Shown: piece after piece, positions 29,868 through 38,990 of the stretch
Position numbering within the stretch: position 1 is the stretch's first letter
Layout of the letters: the number at the start of each line of letters is the position of its first letter
Virus record (IMG/VR): IMGVR_UViG_3300046777_001724
Coordinates: 1-60,892 of that record
DNA length: 60,892 nucleotides
Strand: one strand, 5' to 3'
Source: a virus
Lineage: Duplodnaviria > Caudoviricetes
Notes under the pieces: generated by a model
What the model was told of the DNA's origin: nothing
The model's input: only the letters and a program-made list of their open reading frames with translations
Databases searched by the model: none
Program-made: the position numbers and the translations under genes

Positions 29868-30115
29868 TGAGAGAAAACTTAACTCCATGCCTTATATGTG
29901 AAAAGGCTGTTGTCTATCTCTGGCGTGAAGACATCATTGAAGGTGAACCTCCTACCAATCTCGATGGTGCTTCATACTTAAGAATCATTGCTAGCTATGG
30001 ATCTATCTTTGACTGCAATGAATACCAAGCCATCATCTGTGACGATTGTCTCGAACAAGCTGTTCAACGCCGGCGAGTCAACTTCATAAAAGAACATTCA
30101 CCCTTTGGAGACTGA
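29867..30115 (+). CDS. Zn-finger hypothetical protein
   Basis: CLIC..YGS.FD..ICDDC; TAATG translational coupling. Confidence 0.75.
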   Translation: MRENLTPCLICEKAVVYLWREDIIEGEPPTNLDGASYLRIIASYGSIFDCNEYQAIICDDCLEQAVQRRRVNFIKEHSPFGD

Positions 30116-30349
30116 TCTTGTATTCCCTATCTATGGTTATCATACTGTAGATAGGGATACAAAAAATTTTTTATTAGGCTTACGATCACCGAAAAATTTC
30201 GAGTGTTTTGGCCGTATTAAAATTAAATATTTATATTTTTATTTTAGGCCTCAGAACACCGAAATTTAGGTGATCTGCCGGCATAATCAATGAATCATGA
30301 TTTGATCGCCGGCACAACTATAAAATTTTATACTTTTTTGTATCTGGAG

Positions 30350-30379
30350 TTGATTTCGAGTTCCGACATCTGTTATACT
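30350..30379 (+). promoter_or_regulatory. Sigma70-type promoter with extended -10
   Basis: TTGATT-N18-TATACT with TGn. Confidence 0.55.
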
Positions 30380-30420
30380 TTCCTTGTCGGATATAGGAAT
30401 CTATATAAAGGAGATAACAG

Positions 30421-30636
30421 ATGCCCAAGCAGCATCAATCCAAAGCTATAAAAAGTGTATTCGCAGAATTGCGGAGACTAGGTTTTGTAGTTGAACAACG
30501 TAAATCAGGAAGCTATCGGATAGTCCCTCCTTCAACTATAGCAGGTCCTATTTACACGACTCACGGCACGGAATCAGCCCTTCATCCAATACGCCGTGAT
30601 TTCAAAAAATACTATAACATAGAACTTCATATATAG
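30421..30636 (+). CDS. HicA-like (dsRBD-fold) protein
   Basis: 71 aa, LRRLGFVVEQRKSGSYRIVPP pattern; no adjacent HicB. Confidence 0.55.
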   Translation: MPKQHQSKAIKSVFAELRRLGFVVEQRKSGSYRIVPPSTIAGPIYTTHGTESALHPIRRDFKKYYNIELHI

Positions 30637-31239
30637 ATCTTGTATCCTGTAGGAGCATCCAGAACTCACTTTGGTGGTGTGTGAGTTACTAGGGTGCTCC
30701 TACCTTTATGTATGGATACTTTCGCCGGCACCACCAATTAGAATCTTTATTCTTAATTCGCCGGCATCAAACAATCTCTATATATACAAATCCCTATATA
30801 GAACTAACACACAGAATAGATAGGAATAATACAGACTAACTATAACAAATGCTATATACATAACAATAAACAAATACCAACTGTGTACTCCACAGTAGTA
30901 TAATTGTTGTTAAAAATAAAAATAGGGGACCTCTCAGGTGGGGACCCATTATAAACACAGTATAGACGTAGTATAGACCTAATATATAATCCTCATAAAC
31001 TGTATACAACCCTACCTATATCTCTAAACAAATAGCACTAATATGCCAAACACTTCTTGGAACAAAAGTGGGGCAAAGTGGGGAACAATGGGGTATCCCC
31101 CCATCCCACGATATCTATCTCCTCTAACTCTATATTAACCTATGATATAATCTATGTATATATTCTAATAACTTCAAAGTTTTTGCCGGCGATTTCCCAA
31201 AATCACGAAAAAACTATAAAAAAAATTTCAATCCGAATT

Positions 31240-31312
31240 GCCCTGGTAGCTCAGTGGATAGAGCAACGGACTTCTAATCCGCAGGTCGTAGGTTCAAGTC
31301 CTACTCAGGGCG
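31240..31312 (+). tRNA. tRNA-Arg(TCT)
   Basis: Canonical cloverleaf; anticodon loop CTTCTAA. Confidence 0.93.
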
Positions 31313-31367
31313 CAAATAAACAATCCTCACAATAACCCAAAAACATGACATTCAAGGAGACATCACC

Positions 31368-31739
31368 ATGACAATCCCTAAAGACTATACAGACTGTTAT
31401 CTCGCTCTCTACAAGATCAATGAAGATGGCACTATTGATTCTACCTATATTAAGCCTATCGTGCGGGCGACCAGAACTTCTGGTGAACAGCTAGACTTCT
31501 ACGGTGTTCGAGCCAGCAAGTACGGAATCAAGGTTCCTACAGGCTCTCAAGAGTGGGGCATCTTTCACTATGACGGTTCTGAATTTAAGCTATTGGTTTC
31601 CGGCCAGATTCCTGAGCCATCAACCAAGCGTATTCATGAACTGTCAGATGGTCGAATCATCTATGTTCGACGTGCAAAGAGCAACCTGTCCATCTCCATG
31701 TCTATGTACCCAAAGAGCTTTAAGTCCATAACAATTTAA
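31368..31739 (+). CDS. Hypothetical protein
   Basis: AAGGAG SD. Confidence 0.75.
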   Translation: MTIPKDYTDCYLALYKINEDGTIDSTYIKPIVRATRTSGEQLDFYGVRASKYGIKVPTGSQEWGIFHYDGSEFKLLVSGQIPEPSTKRIHELSDGRIIYVRRAKSNLSISMSMYPKSFKSITI

Positions 31740-31801
31740 AAACTCGCAAATTTCATACTATCTTATAAACCAATATAACTATTACCCCAGAAGGAAGTAT
31801 A

Positions 31802-32314
31802 ATGATTCTTTCATTTACTCTCAACAATATTGCTTTCCAGGCACAAGGTGATATCTTTGATATTGCAGAACTGGTAGCTGCCCTTGACAAAAAGGCTGCA
31901 AACGTCAAGATTTTGGCTGAGAAGACCAAGTCTTCTGAGACCAAATTCGACAAGCCAGTTTCTGCCAACCTTAGCCAAGAGCAACGTGACTATATCTCAG
32001 CTCTGTTTCCTTACCCAATCAGCAATAGAACCAACACAGGTAAGCCTGCTTACATGATGGCTCTTATGCTTGATGGTAAGCCACACACAGTAGCTGAACT
32101 CTGCAAGCTTGGCAATTGCACCCAGTCCACTATCAGAACAGTAATCACACGCCTTCAGGCAAGTGGTTCAACTGTCGAAGTGAACAGCAATCGCCTAGCC
32201 AAGAACACCATTGTTCAAGTCACAAGCATCACTTCACAAAAGCTTGCTCCAGCAAAGCGTAAGAATCCTGTGAAAGTTAACCCTTCACAAGGGTTTCAGA
32301 ACCTCTCAATTTGA
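31802..32314 (+). CDS. Winged HTH protein
   Basis: PHTVAELCKLGNCTQSTIRTVITRLQASG. Confidence 0.65.
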   Translation: MILSFTLNNIAFQAQGDIFDIAELVAALDKKAANVKILAEKTKSSETKFDKPVSANLSQEQRDYISALFPYPISNRTNTGKPAYMMALMLDGKPHTVAELCKLGNCTQSTIRTVITRLQASGSTVEVNSNRLAKNTIVQVTSITSQKLAPAKRKNPVKVNPSQGFQNLSI

Positions 32315-32324
32315 GACACGGTCT

Positions 32325-32452
32325 GATGTATCCCGGGTGCTGATTTACCTCCTTAATCAGCATGATCTTTTAACCAAATCTGTACCCACACATTCCTAAA
32401 GATCCGCTTGTCTAACAGCAACAAGCGTCCGGGGTAACATCGGTTCTTTTTT
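32325..32452 (+). ncRNA. Multi-branched structured RNA with an anti-SD loop, ending in a U-tract
   Basis: Outer stem GATGTATCCCGG/CCGGGGTAACATC; inner hairpin GTGCTGATT-TACCTCCTT-AATCAGCAT. Confidence 0.5.
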
Positions 32453-32474
32453 AAAAAGGCACCAGAAACTTTCA

Positions 32475-32951
32475 ATGAAAACAACTAACGTATATGCGAA
32501 TGATTCAGATAAGAATCTCGATAATAATACTCCTCCAATGGACCAAGGAATTCTTGAAGTCCTGTCAGTCCATAATTCCCTCTGGGATAAGGAGGAAAAA
32601 TTAAATTATCGTGGCAAAACTTACGACATATATAATCCATCTCATGGAGGATATTCATCCGTAATCTTGCCTAATGAGAATGGCTATAACTTCCTGTGGA
32701 TTACCCAAAATTTAAATAAATCCACCTATGGATCCATGGCCATTCTTCAAGCAAGAACTCAAGGAGACGACAAGAGAAATACTTGGATAGTCGACAACAA
32801 CAATGGTACCTTCAAGTACGTCGGTATAATTGCTACATGTAATTATTTCGACGGCAAGAAAACTCAGCTCATCGAAAGATACACTGAGCATGGCACCATT
32901 GTGGTATACTCAAGTGATCCTATGATCGTCTCTGAACGATCTAGATACTAA
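32475..32951 (+). CDS. Hypothetical protein
   Basis: ORF track. Confidence 0.7.
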   Translation: MKTTNVYANDSDKNLDNNTPPMDQGILEVLSVHNSLWDKEEKLNYRGKTYDIYNPSHGGYSSVILPNENGYNFLWITQNLNKSTYGSMAILQARTQGDDKRNTWIVDNNNGTFKYVGIIATCNYFDGKKTQLIERYTEHGTIVVYSSDPMIVSERSRY

Positions 32952-33126
32952 TTCAAAAATGTTGACATTGCCAAATTATATACCTTTGGCATGTCTTGTA
33001 CATATATAATATATGATTTGTAATCGATATATTTGATATGTTAACAAAACTACTATAAAATACCATTTTTTACATCAATACTTATACAACTTTATATATC
33101 TTTTTTACACTCAAAAAGGAAATAAA

Positions 33127-33378
33127 ATGCCTAAGCCAAGCAAAACTCCAGCTATTGAAGCCTTCGTAAACGCTAACGTTGGTAAGACATTTACTACTAA
33201 GGAAATGTGCGAACAGATAGGTTGTTCACTACCTACTCTGTTGAGCTATCTTAAGAACAACGTCATGAAGTTTACAATGGTTTCATACGGATCCTACCTC
33301 ATCAACTCAGATGTAACATCTACCACAACACTCAATTCAGCTGATTCCATCACTGATGAAGAGTGGGAAAATAATTAA
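33127..33378 (+). CDS. Small HTH protein
   Basis: FTTKEMCEQIGCSLPTLLSYLK; AAAGGA SD. Confidence 0.7.
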   Translation: MPKPSKTPAIEAFVNANVGKTFTTKEMCEQIGCSLPTLLSYLKNNVMKFTMVSYGSYLINSDVTSTTTLNSADSITDEEWENN

Positions 33379-33677
33379 TTTTAATTAATTATCTGGTACT
33401 ATATTCTCTATCGTTTTAAAAATAAACGATAGCGCAGAGAGTTTATTCAAAGGCACTAGCCTATTGAGTAGACAATTCTAAATTAACTAATCTATGCGGG
33501 AGGTGTGCTAAATGCGTAAGAAAAATTCTGAGCAACCAAGCACCTATTCAAATGAGATCTACCTTAAGGTTCTCATTTTAATAGCCAACCGACTCGAAGA
33601 TATTTCGAAAGAAATTAAATTACTTCGTGAGCAGAATGCTATAGATTCCGTCAAGGAGAACTACTCTGAGTAAACAC

Positions 33678-33706
33678 TTGTTACATCACCTACAACATGA
33701 TACAAT
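33678..33706 (+). promoter_or_regulatory. Sigma70-type promoter of the Rpf-like gene
   Basis: TTGTTA-N17-TACAAT followed by a ~190 nt GC-rich leader. Confidence 0.6.
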
Positions 33707-33899
33707 ATCAACCATGCCCGAACAGCTCGGGCAGGGGGTCCAATCCCCTACGTAACAGAGAAATACTGTGAAGTCGGAGAGGCAACCTACTGCCATACTG
33801 TGACGGGCATATCGTATTTGTCCGCACATCTTCGGTTTCGCAACCTGCGCGTTTGCTAATGAGACGTAAGTCTCAAACCCACACGAAAGGAGCGATACC

Positions 33900-34772
33900 A
33901 TGCGCAACATACGAATACTATTATTATCATTAATAACGGTCATATCAGGTCTCATCGAGACCTCAGTAGCTTCAGCTGCTACTGTCACAGGAGGTGTCTC
34001 GGAAACACAATCCGAGCCCCGAAGTACCAACCTGCCCAGTAATCCAACTAGATGGAAAACAGTCACATTTAAAATGGGACCATCCATCAAGTACTGGAAA
34101 AAAGTTGCACAATGTGAGACTGGTCAAGACTGGCAAGACGGTGGCAATTGGGGTGGCGGTCTAGGAATAGCCACATCCACATGGAAGGCTTATGGAGGCA
34201 AACAATTTGCTTCTCATCCTTCTAAAGCCACTGTGCTACAACAAATAGTTGTAGCTAACCGTATTGCTATCTTTGGTTGGCAAACCAATGAATTCATAAC
34301 ATTAGACGATAGACTTAATGGTAAGACATTCTTTAGACCAGCCGTTGGCTTCTACGGATGGGGATGTATTAAAAATAATAAATACCTCCATCCAACAAAT
34401 GATAGTATATATACAGCTAAATTACCTGTAGGCAAAGAATTCTATTGTCCTCAGTATGAAGATGTATTCAAGAAATATGCTCTTCCAGCAAAAGTCTTTT
34501 CCTACATTGCTTGGCGTGAATCCAGATGTAATCCTGGAGCCGTCAATGCAACTTGGGAAAATGGACAAATTGTCTGGACCTTAAATAGGAACGGAACATA
34601 TGACTCAGGTCTACTTCAAATTAACTCTTCATGGTTTAAAACATTAAGAGAACAATTTGGGTATGAACCTAATGATTTATTTAATCCAGCAGTCAATGCT
34701 CTATTTGCTAGCTGGATCTTACATTTTTCTAGTGGAAGATTGTCCAACTGGAACGTCAAAGCTAAAATGTAA
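33900..34772 (+). CDS. Secreted Rpf-like transglycosylase fused to an SLT-type lytic transglycosylase
   Basis: Signal peptide; WKKVAQCETG..GGGLGI...TWKAYGG..QQIVVA (Rpf domain); IAWRESRCNP..DSGLLQIN (SLT domain). Confidence 0.85.
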   Translation: MRNIRILLLSLITVISGLIETSVASAATVTGGVSETQSEPRSTNLPSNPTRWKTVTFKMGPSIKYWKKVAQCETGQDWQDGGNWGGGLGIATSTWKAYGGKQFASHPSKATVLQQIVVANRIAIFGWQTNEFITLDDRLNGKTFFRPAVGFYGWGCIKNNKYLHPTNDSIYTAKLPVGKEFYCPQYEDVFKKYALPAKVFSYIAWRESRCNPGAVNATWENGQIVWTLNRNGTYDSGLLQINSSWFKTLREQFGYEPNDLFNPAVNALFASWILHFSSGRLSNWNVKAKM

Positions 34773-34914
34773 ATAATTCATAATAATTCAAAACTTAAAA
34801 ATAGGGGTCTCATTTACTTATGGGATCCCTATTTCTAATTCAAGATTCGTTTTTTATCTAATTCAAAAAAACGAACTTAATATGTATTCAATACAAATAT
34901 AAGGAACACACTAA

Positions 34915-35349
34915 ATGCTGTTAACAATGATGCTAATTTTGGCCGTCACTTCATCAGTTCTCGAATTGATGATAGCTGCCAAAGTTCCAGCTTGGCGTAG
35001 ACTATCTGCCAAAAGTCCACTGTTCAACTTGTTGAACTCTTTGTTCATCTCATTTCTTATGGGTGTTGCTTTTGGAGCAGGCGGTCTTATCGCCATGGGT
35101 GCAGGTGTTATATCAACTGTAATATCTGTACCCGGTTATAAGTTCCTTTACTGGAATTATGACAGCGAACAAGCATTGGCCCATGGTGGTAATATGATGA
35201 GACACATTAAAAACAAGTGGTCTCAAGCACTTAAGGATCTAGCCAAAGTTATCTACTCTATTATTAGAGTAATTACATTCCCCGTTTGGGGAACTCGGCT
35301 TGCTGTACAAAAGTATAATAACTTGAAGCTACGTCTTTCTCGCTCTTAA
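34915..35349 (+). CDS. Membrane protein
   Basis: About three hydrophobic segments; upstream of polymerase 2. Confidence 0.75.
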   Translation: MLLTMMLILAVTSSVLELMIAAKVPAWRRLSAKSPLFNLLNSLFISFLMGVAFGAGGLIAMGAGVISTVISVPGYKFLYWNYDSEQALAHGGNMMRHIKNKWSQALKDLAKVIYSIIRVITFPVWGTRLAVQKYNNLKLRLSRS

Positions 35350-35384
35350 AATATAATTCAATAAACATTCCATAAGGAGGAATA

Positions 35385-37964
35385 ATGACATCATCATACT
35401 CACCTGTGGTCCGGTTGCATTCTATGCACAATGGACCACTCCGTTCAATGAACGATTATCAATATGGATTCTACGACTGTGGAATCCTTCGGACTGCTTT
35501 GCAGTACGTTGATGGCTCTAGTTTCCGTATGGCAACTTTGCCAATTCCAACAACTCCATATGAAGCTCAACTAGCTGAAGCAATCATTCGTCATCCTGAC
35601 ATCTGCTATGCTGTGGTAGATAAGAATAAGATTGCCCTTGTTATCGTAGAAGACAACCCTGGTTGGCTTGATATCTTCACAAAGATGGGCTATGAAGTGT
35701 TCTCTGGTGAGAAGACTGGCAAGCGTCTCAAGACCTTCCATCGAGCCGCACTTCTTAACGCACACTTTGAGAAGGACGAAATTAACATTAAAGTTGTTGA
35801 TCCTCGTGCATACACCCGTCATGACTTCACTAATTCTAATGATGAAGATTACATCATTGAATCTCTTTGTACCGAAGAAGTAACAGACAGACTTCTTGAT
35901 GGCGGTCTTGTTATTTCTCATCGTCTTATTCAGAAGGCTGTTAATAACATTCCTGTTTATCAGCCACAAAATACTGACGACAACAAAGAATACTATTACG
36001 ACTGGCGTATCCGCAATAAGATGATTGATAATCTTCTTAATCAGCGAGTATACAACGTTCGCATTATCTACAAAGACGGTTTCATCAAGGGCAATGCAAT
36101 TGTCCGATATGATCTTCCTGAAGGTGTGGACGTTATCACCGCTCCACAAAATATCAAGAATGAAATTAAATATCACAATGGATACCAATTCTTAGCAGAA
36201 CCACAATCTTCTCACGAACGAGTAATTACTGACGATCAGACTGTCATCAATCTTCCTAAACTCTTCCGTAAAGCAGACATGACTATGTGGCTTGAAGAAG
36301 AATACAAGAAGATGTTTGATGCAGCTACTAACTCTCAGCTTCTTAATAACTGGAAGGAACTCTACAAACGTGAGTTCCGTAACATTCACAGTTCAGAAGA
36401 TGAAGAAGCAAACTCTCGCATGAGCTATGTTGGCTACCGTTGGGTTGCATCTGGAATGAAAATTACAGATTCACCTTGGCTGTTTGAAACTCTTGCAGTT
36501 TCTCACGCCAAACCCTTTAGACCCAACAAAAATCGTTCAGGTCGTATTCCCATTCCATGTTCAGTCTATGAGCAGGTGATTCCTGAATCTCTTGCTCGTA
36601 TGGCAGGATACGATATCGAAGTAGAGAATGACACCATTCAAAGAATCGATGAACTTGGAGTTCATGTCGTTAACGACATTGATTGGCTAGAAATGTACGC
36701 CAGCCATGGCGGACATGACGAAGACGATTACTTCAAGTGCTTCTATCGTGAGATGGAAGGCGGATTCTGGGACGGAGAAAAGGTTGTCATTGTCGTTCGT
36801 TCACCAAATGGTTATGGCGAATATACAATCTTCAAGTATGTAGAAGGTCAATGGGCACCAAAGTGGCACAAAGCTGATGGCACAGAAGTAACATTCCCGA
36901 AGGTGAATGGACGTAACTGGCCTAAGCGACTTAGCCACGCTGTCAACATAGGCGATGTTAAGTATGGAAAGTTTCCATCAGAACTTCGTCCTAAAACTAA
37001 AATGACCGGACTATATACTGCAGACAATGTTATCCACGACATGCGCATTGCTATGTCTGGTGGTAACGTTGGCGGATATGTAAACGCAGTCATGGCTCAC
37101 TCTCTTGTACTTCATCGTCATCGTTCTTATCAGCTCTGCTCTCTTGAGAAGGCTATCGATAAGTGCATCAACCCTGATGACATGGATGACGTTCGAGCTA
37201 TCGACCAAGAAGCTGAAAATATTGTCAGAGAAATTATTGATTCCAAGAAACCAATTGATATTGAATTCTGGGAACGTCGTGGATTTTCTCGTTATCTAAA
37301 GAAGGATGACGAGATTACATTCCACGAAGGAAAGATTTCTCAACTCAATAAACTTTCAGGTACATTCTTCATGGATTATTCAAAGAAGGTGAGAGACTGG
37401 GCTCAGGAAAATGCTAGACCTGATGAGATCATTACTCAACTAGGTCAACGCATGTACTTCCGTGCACTACCAATTCTCAAATCCTTTAGAAGTAATATTT
37501 ACAGAGTCAACTCTTCTGAAGCAACTTCTGCTTCTGGAAGTATTGTTCGTCAGTCTTGGGAATCAATGTATGATTCTATTGTTCAAGCAATTGAATCTCA
37601 CGAACGCATTGAAGATCAACACGATTTCGTGCTTGGTCTTTATGCTGTTTCATTGAACGTCCCAACTAGTGACGGTAAATTTACTGATCAGATTGTACTC
37701 AACAGATTCGTTTATCCTTATTTGGAAGCAGCTTTGCATTTCTATGGGATTACTCGTAATCCTGTTTGCACAGCTACTCCAGATGGAGATGTAAAAATCT
37801 CGTATCTTAAGATGGTCGAATGGCATTACCAAGATGCTTACGGCAATCTTAATAAGTATACAGATCCTCTTGAATTCCAGAAAGCCCACGCTCAGGATTC
37901 ACCTGTTCAGTTTACATCTGTAACCAAACAATCATCCAATCCTAGAACTACATCAATGTACTAG
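35385..37964 (+). CDS. Single-subunit two-barrel (YonO/RdRP-like) RNA polymerase candidate 2, variant DxDD motif
   Basis: Paralog of 20383..22962: LDGGLVIS, VRII..GFIKG, RIPIP, GGHDEDD (DEDD at 36717-36728), RSPNG, VGGYVN, AID. Confidence 0.65.
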   Translation: MTSSYSPVVRLHSMHNGPLRSMNDYQYGFYDCGILRTALQYVDGSSFRMATLPIPTTPYEAQLAEAIIRHPDICYAVVDKNKIALVIVEDNPGWLDIFTKMGYEVFSGEKTGKRLKTFHRAALLNAHFEKDEINIKVVDPRAYTRHDFTNSNDEDYIIESLCTEEVTDRLLDGGLVISHRLIQKAVNNIPVYQPQNTDDNKEYYYDWRIRNKMIDNLLNQRVYNVRIIYKDGFIKGNAIVRYDLPEGVDVITAPQNIKNEIKYHNGYQFLAEPQSSHERVITDDQTVINLPKLFRKADMTMWLEEEYKKMFDAATNSQLLNNWKELYKREFRNIHSSEDEEANSRMSYVGYRWVASGMKITDSPWLFETLAVSHAKPFRPNKNRSGRIPIPCSVYEQVIPESLARMAGYDIEVENDTIQRIDELGVHVVNDIDWLEMYASHGGHDEDDYFKCFYREMEGGFWDGEKVVIVVRSPNGYGEYTIFKYVEGQWAPKWHKADGTEVTFPKVNGRNWPKRLSHAVNIGDVKYGKFPSELRPKTKMTGLYTADNVIHDMRIAMSGGNVGGYVNAVMAHSLVLHRHRSYQLCSLEKAIDKCINPDDMDDVRAIDQEAENIVREIIDSKKPIDIEFWERRGFSRYLKKDDEITFHEGKISQLNKLSGTFFMDYSKKVRDWAQENARPDEIITQLGQRMYFRALPILKSFRSNIYRVNSSEATSASGSIVRQSWESMYDSIVQAIESHERIEDQHDFVLGLYAVSLNVPTSDGKFTDQIVLNRFVYPYLEAALHFYGITRNPVCTATPDGDVKISYLKMVEWHYQDAYGNLNKYTDPLEFQKAHAQDSPVQFTSVTKQSSNPRTTSMY

Positions 37965-38112
37965 GATAAATCCTCAAGGCCGGTTTAGTCATATACCGGA
38001 AAAGAACCAGCGCCAGCCTGGCTTCAGAAATATGACAGCTGGCACTCTATACTACTTTAAAAGGAGATATTTATGTGTTGATAAATTTATAATTTAACAT
38101 GAAAGGTAAGTT

Positions 38113-38556
38113 ATGAATTTTCTACATGAATTCAACCAACCCAACTGTGGTCTTCACACTTGTACAAAGTGTTCCACAACTCCCATCAATGAACATTATC
38201 GAGAAGAGCTCAACGAGGATTACTTGACACAGTCATTTCCTACTCTCATTACTCCTCAGAATGCTCTTCAATCTATCAAGTTTGCACTTGAAGATGTCAT
38301 GGAATCTATGAACTGTACTCAAACAGCTCATGTTCATGACGATGGAAGTATTACTGTTGTCGACGGACCCAATGTTAGAGGTGCTCTTTACCACCTCTTT
38401 AATTCTATTAAAAACACTTTAACTAAAGCTGGCATTAACCTTTGGGAATACAGTGATGCACTTTTCCTAGAAAATGCCAACATTGATCCTGATTCAATTT
38501 CCTTTGAAGACTTTCTTGATCGCTTTCTTGAAAGCAACAAACCTGACGAAGAATAG
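38113..38556 (+). CDS. Hypothetical protein
   Basis: SD, ORF track. Confidence 0.75.
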   Translation: MNFLHEFNQPNCGLHTCTKCSTTPINEHYREELNEDYLTQSFPTLITPQNALQSIKFALEDVMESMNCTQTAHVHDDGSITVVDGPNVRGALYHLFNSIKNTLTKAGINLWEYSDALFLENANIDPDSISFEDFLDRFLESNKPDEE

Positions 38557-38605
38557 TTCTTCATCATAAATAAAACAATTTAATTTTATTCTTTTAGGAG
38601 AACCT

Positions 38606-38983
38606 ATGAATACTATGCAACTATCCTTTGATGAATATAATTCTATAAACACATTTGAAGAATTTAAAAATTCACAATTCGCTAAAAACATTATTGATGC
38701 TTACCAAGATTTGGCTAGACAAATTCTTGACACTTCCTCTAAAGCTAAGAAATCATACTCTTATAAATTTGGAAAGCTTGCTGGAAAAACTTATAACTTC
38801 ATTACAAGAAAAGAAACAAAAACTTCTTTCCTAATATCTGCTTGGGCAGTAGAAACAGTTGTTGTTGCTATTTCAATTAATCTAATGATTCTTACTGGCT
38901 CAATAATCTCAGCTATGCTGCTTGCAGCATTTCATCTGTACACTACCTATGCTTTGTTTACAATCATAGCTAATCAGAAATAA
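38606..38983 (+). CDS. Membrane protein
   Basis: AGGAG SD; C-terminal TM helices. Confidence 0.7.
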   Translation: MNTMQLSFDEYNSINTFEEFKNSQFAKNIIDAYQDLARQILDTSSKAKKSYSYKFGKLAGKTYNFITRKETKTSFLISAWAVETVVVAISINLMILTGSIISAMLLAAFHLYTTYALFTIIANQK

Positions 38984-38990
38984 CGATATT

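Larger units (their letters stand above)
24841..34807 (+). promoter_or_regulatory. Dispersed class-2 motif AAAATAGGGG, 11 copies
   Basis: Starts at ~24841, 24889, 24933, 25002, 25817, 26711, 27558, 27816, 28955, 30919 and 34798; same strand, mostly upstream of genes. Confidence 0.8.

Noticed and set aside
31057-31335. ORF overlapping tRNA-Arg (and the N-terminal extensions at 43982, 46190, 50596)
   Set aside because: They run through tRNA or tRNA-like genes; spurious or mis-started.
33712-33899. Canonical c-di-AMP (ydaO) riboswitch
   Set aside because: Only a GGGGGTCCA fragment resembles it; the GCTGAATC and GTCAGCTAAC elements are absent.
20383-37964. Both polymerase ORFs being exactly 859 aa
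   Set aside because: Coincidence: the alignment has indels and the first gene may start at 20476.
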